From: Klebsormidium nitens
Lineage: Eukaryota > Plantae > Klebsormidiophyceae
DNA length: 64,000 nt
Assembly (NCBI GenBank): GCA_000708835.1
Contig: DF237430.1
Location: 6,669 to 70,668 of the forward strand
Direction: 5' to 3'
How positions within the stretch are numbered: the first letter of the stretch is position 1; every line of letters begins with the position of its first letter. Positions 55,450 to 64,000 of the stretch are shown one piece after another. Both the position numbers and the translations under genes were made by a program. The notes beneath the pieces are model-generated. The model worked only from the letters and a program-made list of their open reading frames with translations. It was not told where the DNA came from and ran no database searches.

Positions 55450-58229
55450 TCAACCCCTCAAATATTTCTCTAGCTTCTCCACCTCTTCTTGGCTTCCAAC
55501 ATAGAGGGGAACTCGTTGATGTACCTGCAAGGTTACAATGGGAGCGGGGTTATTCGTCAACAGTCGATTGTCAGGGCAGCTTCTTTTCTTCATCTTTGCT
55601 GCACCAACATGACAGACTAGCTATTCCAGGAAGTCTCCGTAGAAGCACAGACTCAGACATTTGAAAGTTCTGGCACGGCAATCCGCAGTATACTATGGAC
55701 GAAAATATCAATCCTTTTGAGGCCTGAAATGTCCGAAAAGTTTGTTTCATCTGCGGAGCTTACGATCTTGGCCTGAACAAGTCCACATCAACCAACAATC
55801 ACCAGTCACGGTGTGGATGATCATAGCATGGCCCTTTCTCCTGCTCGTTGACATTCCCTGATCTTCCACTGTGATCAGAGTAGCACTATCTGGCATGCCC
55901 GCACATGAAGGAGAAATCGCCGTCGCTTGACATTTTGTAATGTCCTCTGAGTGTGTGGCATGTGAAGGAGCAAGATGCAAGTTCCTTATCAGTTTATCTT
56001 TATGCACTCAGAGAGGCAACATATATGCTTCCTTAACCGTGGCAAGCTCTTGCACAGGAGGCGCATTACGGCCCACTCACCTTGTCGGGGTGGATGTCCA
56101 ATACGCGCTGGGTGCCGTCTGACCCCTTGCCGCCGGCCTGCTCTGCCAGGAAGCTCATGGGCGCGCACTCATACAACAACCGCAGCTTGCCGGTAGGGCT
56201 CTTCTTGTCAGCCGGGTAGCCATAGATGCCTCCGTACAGCATGGTTCTGTGGAAGTCACCCACAAGACTCCCGATGTAGCGAGCAGAGTACGGCTTGGGG
56301 TCGGGCTGCTTCAGGGAATCCATATAGCTGCAGTAACCCAAAAATATTGTCTGCAAATGATTGGTGCAGGTGAAACCAGAACGGCTCAAGAAGTCAAGCT
56401 TCGCTTCCAGCTGGCCCCATCCATAGTCAAATCATATACTGGCGTTGCTAACAATGTTTGAGGTCGAGCGTCGCAATTGGGTGTTTTTGAGGTGATCAAA
56501 ACTCAGCATCCTACTTTGGAAAGGGTCAGACCTCCGACCGTTGAGTTGAAGTTACATCCGTTCTTCAGTCATCAGACGAGCACCTTTGAAACTCACCTCT
56601 TGAGCTTGTCGTCCCACAGCTGGTAGTTGCCCTCGTTGAAGGAGTAGATTTTGCCCGACTTGGGAATCTGAATCTTGTCGTGTGTCAACACAAACTCGCC
56701 GATCAGGGGGTCCAGCGTAAAGCCATAGACACCAGTGCCCACGGACAACACGAAAATAACAGAGCTGGAGTACATGCAGTATCCGGACGAAAGAAGATTC
56801 TCGCCGGGCTGGCACACCGCTGTCACGCACTTCGCCTCCTGGGCGGTCAACTGCAGAGGAGAGGCAGGGCGCTCAGAGCTCCAAAATCCAAGACGTGGCT
56901 TTTTTAACATTGAAGCTTCCTGCACCAGTGCCACATTTGAACTGATAAATTAGGCATACGCTCAAGTGGCCACCGAAACCCTCGCCTGCATAAAAGATGA
57001 AGTGCTCCTCATAAATTGTTTGTGTTTCTCCATGAGAGCGGTGAATCGCAAGTCCCAGGAGGTTCAAAGTGTAGTTGAACCTGTAGACGACTTGGCGTTC
57101 CGAACTAATCTTTGATCTCTTTGCAATCTTCACCATCTCAATTGCGGCCCACATTGTAAAAGCATACGGTGTGTCCCTGGTCAGCCCAACTCACCTCGTC
57201 CTCCTCAAAGTTGATCATACAGTTCTCGTCGGGCTTGTAAATTCCAAAGATGGAACCGGTGGAGACTGCGGCGTCGATGTTGGAGGAACCGTCCAGAGGG
57301 TCAAAGACTACCGTGTAGTGGCCTGAGTAGCTCTCTTCTACTGCAACCGGGGTGTCCTCCTCCTCTGAGGCAATGATGCCGGTCCGTCCGCTAGAGCGCA
57401 GGCAGTTTGAGAAAACCTGCCGGCAAGAAGGACAGGGTTGATGAAGCGGCCGACCTGCCACACCGACAGAATGAACAGGATGTGCATTCTGTGCAATGCA
57501 CCTCTTTCTAGAATGCGGTTGGTCACGCCTCGCTTGCCGACATACTCCACATGCCTTTCAAATGTACATCATCTAAGTCTTGCACCCAAAATGAAAAAGA
57601 TCTACAGGTTCATTGACCTGGACTCTGGCTGCATTCGTCTATCTAGGCAACAAACCCTGCATTGCTCTCGATTCATCTTGACTGAGTCTGATCCCTTACT
57701 CTACTCAAGTGTACATTGCATTGCTCACATCGTTGGACACAACATCCAGCTTCTTCTGGTCCTCTCCCTGCACATTGGCGGCCCCAGCCAGCCCCGTCAA
57801 GTTGGAGATGCCTGCCCTCTGCACCAGGGAAGCGATCTGCTTGCATGCCAGGGAGATGGAGTTCAGCACAATAGTAAGCTCGCCATCAATGACCCCATCC
57901 TGCTCCTGCCTCAGCAACCAGCCAGTCAATGTCACGATTTCATAACCATTGGACTTCTTCTGGGTGGCTTTAGCCGCAGGGACTGCTGCGACTGCCTGGG
58001 CGACTATCTTCTTAAGCTGTCTGCCGCTGCTAATCGGGCTGTTGCCTTGGAATGCAGCGGTGGTTCCAGCGAAGTTAGATCCGCTCTGGTTATGCACCCG
58101 CTTCGCAGCACGAGAAAGGAAGAGGGGGGTGGTCGCTGAGGCAGAGGGGGCCTGCGCGGAGCAGGCTCCACATGACCTTCCCGCAAGGGCAGCAGGCGAG
58201 CTCAAGCGAAGAGCAGTGGCGGACGCCAT
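55450..58229 (-). CDS. FBP: Chloroplast fructose-1,6-bisphosphatase (redox-regulated); five exons
   Basis: Transit peptide, [31 protein letters not shown], redox loop with three Cys (DENC...AKCVTAVC), [27 protein letters not shown], last exon [24 protein letters not shown] (55524-55450). Confidence 0.97.
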
Positions 58230-58853
58230 TCTTACGATCTGGGTGCACAGGGCAAGCGCTTCACTGCCTAGCTTGCTGAACGAGGAAGTGAATCCTGATC
58301 TGCAGTGCTCAGAAGCTCATTCGCGAACTAGTGGCTCACAATTGTCAGCATGAGATTGCAACTCGGTCTCGGCCGTCCGTTCTGGATCTTGTCAAGCAAC
58401 GAACGGCGAGGAAGACCTCCTGCTGGCGGCCGACGTACAGACAGTAGTCAAGTCTGATCAGTCTAGTTAGGAATGCCGTCGGGGTGTTTCGCGTGATGAG
58501 TCTTTCGCTTCTCCGCAGTCAGCTGTTTTCTCACTCAAACGATCTTCAGGACTAATCCGATGATAGGGAGCGCATGAACGTTTGAGTGGCTAATGAAATT
58601 CATGCTTTTGCAACAAGGCGCCAAAGCGGCGCATCCTGTGAAGCACAAAGCCACGGCTCATACAGTGGTGCATCGATGAGATAGACATCCAATTCTGCAG
58701 CCAGTGAAACGCCTTGAGTGAGTTATGCTACCCAGAAGGGAACCGGTATATGACTGCTAGTCCCGTCGCGAGCTCGACAAACAATGATTGCACGAATGGA
58801 CTCAAGCCGTTATCAGGATCAAGAACCTCGGACTACATTTTGTAAAGAGGTTA

Positions 58854-61800
58854 CTACAAGATCATGGTGATCGGGTCTTCCATGTAGCCCTTGAAAGACC
58901 CCATCCACTCCGCGCCCATGGCACCTGCACAAAACATACGACTCTGATCAATTGCTGCAAGATACGTAGCAAATGGAACCAACAGAGTATCAATGAATCT
59001 CCATTGGCTACCTACCCGTTTGGTCGCAATCTAGTGAAGTCTCAATTCGTGGCTGTCCAGATCGATCCATTCAAACCCCGGAGGAGGAGGGGCGAGGAGG
59101 AGCCAAGAGCAGTGGAGCTAGGGCGGACTGTGCGCTCACCATCAATGATTCTATGATCACAGCTGAGCGTCACCGTCATGTATGTCCCGGTGCCAAAGGT
59201 CTCCTCAGCCGGGCCCGGGGGCAGTACCCGCTTTTCCGCTGCAGCAAGCAAGTCAGACATTCGATCAAGACTGACCCAGCGGGTCATCAGACAAGCTGCA
59301 CAGAGCACTTGAAGGAATCCAGTACTTGTTGTTGGTAATAAACCAATCTGATCCGCGGAGGAGTGGTCTACGTCCTTGGGCCCGGACGACAGCCCTCAAA
59401 GAAACAAGCATGATCGTTAAAACCTATTTCTCGACTGCACAGGCGTTTCCATCCCCAGCTTGCCGAGGCTCACTTGTTCCCACTGCCAGGATGGCCGCCT
59501 GCGGTGGGTTGATGATGGCGCAGAACTGCTTGATGCCGTACATGCCCAGGTTGGAGATGGTGAACGTGCCGCCCTGCATGCAACAACACGGAACAGCGGT
59601 GAGGCACCACCCAGCTGGCAACAAACAAGATACCTCGCTGTCTTGACCGTCTGACTGCAGGACCCTTCCCTGCTACTGCTGGCTCTCAACAGCGAAGCCA
59701 AGCAAAAGGCAGAGCAGCACGCAGCCGACAGACAGGACGCCTAAAGAACCATGCGCTCAGTCCCCCTCTGGCAGGTAACCATTGACAGAATAGGTCGCAC
59801 CTGGAACTCGGACGGAGCGAGCTTGTTGGCGCGCGCCTGCTCGGCCAGGACCTTGACGTTTTCGGAGATGGTCCCCAGTCCCTTCTTATCGGCATCCTGC
59901 ACCAAGAAAAAGAAAGCTCAGCTCAAAATCCCGCCCCCTGATTGACATCGAACACCTCAAAAATCTCGATGCTGGGGTAAACGGAGGAAGCGCGATTTTA
60001 TCCCGGTTTTGCGGTAGCACATTTCGCAATTTTACTAAGAAACCATTTGGCGCGTGGGAGCTCGGGACAGGTGGCTGACCTTGACGACGGGCACCATAAG
60101 GCCGTTGTCTGTCTGCACCGCTACGCTGATGTCGACATTCTTGTACTGCCGGATGAAGTCGTCCGTCCACGATGAGTTGACGCCGGGGTGCTTCTTCATA
60201 GCCAGCGCGGCCGCCTGCACCCACCAAATCGCGCGGTCAGAACGCGGGGGCAGCTCCACCCACAGAACCCGTTTTGCAAAAGTCGCAATAGACTGTCACG
60301 AAGATCGCAAAGGGTAGCAACACGGAGTTGTGCTTTCTCAGTGACTGAAGGTCAAGAGTAGGGATTTCCCGACAGACGCATGACGTGCTAAGCGCATGCT
60401 GTTGATACAGCCAAAACATGCCCAAAGACTGTGAGGTGAGCTTCCTGACCTTGATAACAAAATCGTTCAAAGAAATCTTCTTGCCGCCAGTGGCTTCCTG
60501 CGCTTTGTTTAGCTTGGCACGCAGCCTGCATCACATCGTGGGTTCTTCGTCAGTCAAAAGCAGACCCAAGGCAAGGAAGGAAGGTAGTCAGGGTAGACAC
60601 GAGTGCAGCTTTTGGCAACCACACAATCAAGTACAGCAGCCGCTTGGCAATAAGCCGATTTCTCTTGACTGCCAGGGTCGACGCGAAGTCGCATGTCGAT
60701 CCTTGACGCGGCTCGGGCGCGGCCTCACTCGAGGAGCTTGTCTACTCGGACTTCGCTGGAGAGGTAGTAGTGCGGGATGGTCTGCTTGGACTGCAGCAGC
60801 CGGGAGGCCGTGATCTGCAGGCCACAAGGATGCATAGACCGTTGATGAGATAGCACCATCCAGCGGAAACCAGATCCCGGATACAGCAGCACAACAAGGA
60901 AGACGAAGGCAACATTACTTCTTGCGAAAACTGCTGCGAGGAGTGCGGTTGTTCGACTTCGTGAGCTCACGGCTGGACAACTTTCGGGAGACGACTTTTT
61001 GACAAGGTCTGCCCGGCCAGGCCCTACCTTGCGAATCTGCGAGTTGGAAATGTCGGTGTAGTCGATCGACTCGAGGGGCGGCGCCGCTCCGGGCGCGGCG
61101 GCCGCTGCTGGAGCCGCCGAAGGAGCAGTCTTCGACGGTTCTGGTGCTGAATAGAATCCAAAGGGAGCACGGGTCAGCACGCAGAAAAAGCTCCGAATCG
61201 GAAGTGGAACTCCTGACTCTACCAGCGATATAAGCCAAGCCTGTGCTGCGTAACCTTGGCTGGATACTCGTCCGAACGTAGCAAACCCACGGCGAGACGA
61301 TGCGGCGTGGGCGCACTGCTCACCCTGGAACTCCTCCACATCTGCGCGCACAATGACTCCGTCCAGCCCTGTGCCCTTCACCTGGGAGAGATCGATCTGC
61401 ACACGGAGGGACAACGGACTCAGAGGCAGTTTTAGATGATACATTCGCACCAATAGCAAACCACCTCGCAATCAACCCTCCTCCATGACACCATAGAAAA
61501 GGCCTATGCATGAGCGGGCGTATCCCGTGCCACTCCCGGAAATGCAAAGGAGTGTAGAAGTGGCTTACCCCCTTCTCGGAGGCCAGTTTCCGCGCCGCGG
61601 GGCTGGCCAGCACCCGGCCCTCGCTGCCCTTTGCAGGCGGCGCTGATTTCTGCGTTTCCTGCTTGGGTGGCTTGGGAGCCTCCTTCTTGGGCGGGGCCGG
61701 AGCAGACTCCTTTGGGGGAGGGGGTGGCGGTGAGGCCGCCTCTTCTTTGGGCTCTGCCTCCTCTTTGGACTCGCTTTTGGTGGGGGCCGGGGCGGCCCCT

Positions 61801-63656
61801 GCCTCAAAGTCGGCAAACTTGTCGATGTCGGCCTTGTCCTCTACCAATATGGCAATCGGCTGCACATATGAAACAAACGCGGTCAGATAAGCTTCCTACT
61901 GGTGCAGATTCTGCAGAGCAGATCTGTGAACATGTGTGGCTAAGAAAAGGCAAAGTTTGGGTTTCGCGTCGAGGTTGAATTCACTCCAAGTTCGCAGCAC
62001 GCAACAGCGTTGTTCTGCAGGACCGAAAGTGCACGTTGTAGATCTCAACAACGATCAACTCCTGACTCCGCTTTCACATCTCTCTTAGCGTCATCCGGTC
62101 CGTAGCATGCCTCGTTCAGCCAATGTTTCTCTGTGCGGTGTGTGCCTACCTGTCCAACGGGCACGTCTTTGGCCCCCTCTGGCATCAGGATCTTGGCAAG
62201 GTAGCCCTCCTCCTGTACCTCCATGTCCAGGGTTGCCTTATCCTGGCCACACACACAGAAGCAGCAGAGGGGCGTCAACAAGGGCCTCCCAGCGCCTGAC
62301 TCAGGCCAGCGGCAATTGGAATGCTGGGTGCAGCCTGCATCTTGTGATGTCCTTGCAAGCCCTTCCTCTCAGCAGATCATCAGTGGCCGGGCTTGCACAA
62401 AATGATTTCTGCCTACCAGATGAGGCTTGCTCTGATCAGGGACACTGTAGCAGATCTGAGGAGCCTGGAAGAGAAACCTGGTAGCCAGAATTCAGATGCA
62501 ACACTCAGCAGGATTGCGGACCCAACCTGCCTTTCCTCTTCTACTTGAGCCATGTGAAGTACGGGCTTGCCTTCCATATAAGAGAGTGTGAACGATGGTT
62601 ATCTTGCAAGTCTTCACGGGCGCACTCGTTTGCCAGCGGCTCTTACCGTCTCGATATCACAGAGTACGTCCCCGGGAGCCAGCTGATCCCCAACCTTTGC
62701 CTTCCATGTAGCAATGTTGCCCTGTGGCAAAAAACGAGCCAGTTCATTGTGTTGGCCCCAATGAAAATTGCAGCCTCTCACTTTGCGAAATTTGAGAACC
62801 AAGGGCTAGTCCGACTTCATTTGAGATCATGTCTGGACGTATTTGATGTATTTGAAGGTCTGTAAAGGAAGCGTATCGGTAAACTGTAAAACGGAGGGTG
62901 CAAGCGCTCACTTTCTCCATCGTAGGTGACAGCGACGGCATTGTGATCTGTTCATGTGGGGGATCTGCGCAAAAAGGAGGAGCTTCTGGCAAGAGCTACT
63001 GAGAGTGCAGGGCAGGAAGATCACGTAAGACAATTCCACAACTCATAGGCTGCAGACGAGCAAAGACGCATGAGCTTCGAGAGAAGTGTTTCCGTGCAAC
63101 AGTGATGCAGCCACTTCAACTTTCAAATCCAAGGCAAAGACAGCTATTGTACTCACAGTCCGCGGCTGCCGAGAAAAGCCGCACTCCCAGGTTTTGGCTG
63201 CCCAGAGCGCTGGAGGCCTGGCTCGGTTGTGCAATGCTACAGCTGCTACTGACAACGCCCAACCTGGTCCAATTTGGGCCAAGAAATAGACCGTGTGTCA
63301 GCCACAGCAACTGGATTGCAAAATGTGATCCCATGTCCGCTGCACCACTGTGTCGGTGAAAGCAATTGGTTTGTCACCATCGCGGAACCATTGCATGCTC
63401 AACTCATGCACACATTCATAGATCTTAAGCACCTCTTGCAATGTGGTTCTGCAGCAGGCCCTCACCGTGCCACACTTGCATGGGCCCCCTCTAGCAGCCC
63501 TGCTTGTGTCTGCAGCAACCGGATCCCTCTGCTGCATTCAGCACATTGTTCGGGAAGCAACCTGACTGTCTGTTCATGGCCCACGAGGAGAGCTCGAGCG
63601 GGCTTGCCAGCTCGAGCCACCAATTGGAGCACCCGACGGCTTGCCATCCCAAGCAA
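58854..63656 (-). CDS. Mitochondrial pyruvate dehydrogenase E2 (dihydrolipoamide acetyltransferase), single lipoyl domain; multi-exon
   Basis: Arg-rich presequence, lipoyl domain [10 protein letters not shown]...DIET|DKAT, Pro/Ala/Glu linker, E3-binding ASPAARKLA...[22 protein letters not shown], catalytic [10 protein letters not shown], last exon [23 protein letters not shown]. Confidence 0.96.
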
Positions 63657-64000
63657 TCCTCGGCTACAGGCCGTATCAGCAACAATTCAAGAGATCATGT
63701 ATGGCTGGGCACTGCTTGAGGTTAGTTGACCTGGCAGATCCAGGATGTATTAGTCCGCACAAATGCTTTCAATTGCGATTGCCGCAACAATGCCTTCAAT
63801 GCAATACTTGTAAGGCAAAGGACACAAGCTAATGAATTCACGTTGGCTTCAAGTCAGTAAGATTACTAGTAGTGGCGGCCGCAATCTGAAACCCCACGAC
63901 TTGCAACGCCGAACGACGCCTGCGCCAGCGCGCTGGAACTGCGCCCAGCGCATGCAGGGGCTGGGGAGGAAGACAAGCAAATGTCAGCAGACTACTTAAA

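Noticed and set aside
57438-58353. Long plus-strand ORFs (233 and 134 aa)
   Set aside because: Antisense to the FBPase first exon.
55450-63656. FBPase next to PDH E2 as a carbon-metabolism cluster
   Set aside because: Different organelles and pathways; adjacency of housekeeping genes is expected by chance.

Overview
Intron-rich eukaryotic nuclear DNA from the green lineage. The plastid FBPase with its redox loop and two plant-type MATEs, together with a class III cyclase and a PKG-type kinase, point to a green or streptophyte alga, possibly Klebsormidium-like (inference, not verified). I reconstructed ten multi-exon genes by hand from splice sites and motifs. In order they are: a 2xCNB protein kinase (-, 3' end runs off the window), a voltage-sensor/ion-channel-fused adenylyl cyclase (+), a Patched-related RND/sterol-sensing protein (+), ABC-F (-), a plastid-type FAD oxidoreductase (+), MATE (-), MCM7 (+), a near-intronless MATE (-), a small DUF1294/YsdA-like membrane protein (+) and plastid FBPase (-). 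An eleventh gene, mitochondrial PDH E2 (-), closes the window. Intergenic DNA holds three MITE-like inverted-repeat elements, an orphan dirigent-like exon and decayed tracts. Two observations stand out. First, a channel-type adenylyl cyclase lies head-to-head with a cyclic-nucleotide-gated kinase whose first CNB site carries the cAMP-type signature, which suggests a two-gene signalling module. Second, the DUF1294 gene ends in an exact leaky-stop context (TAG-CAG-TCA) followed by 59 open codons, a stop-codon readthrough candidate. Exon boundaries are manual, and the N-termini of the kinase, the cyclase and MATE1 are uncertain.
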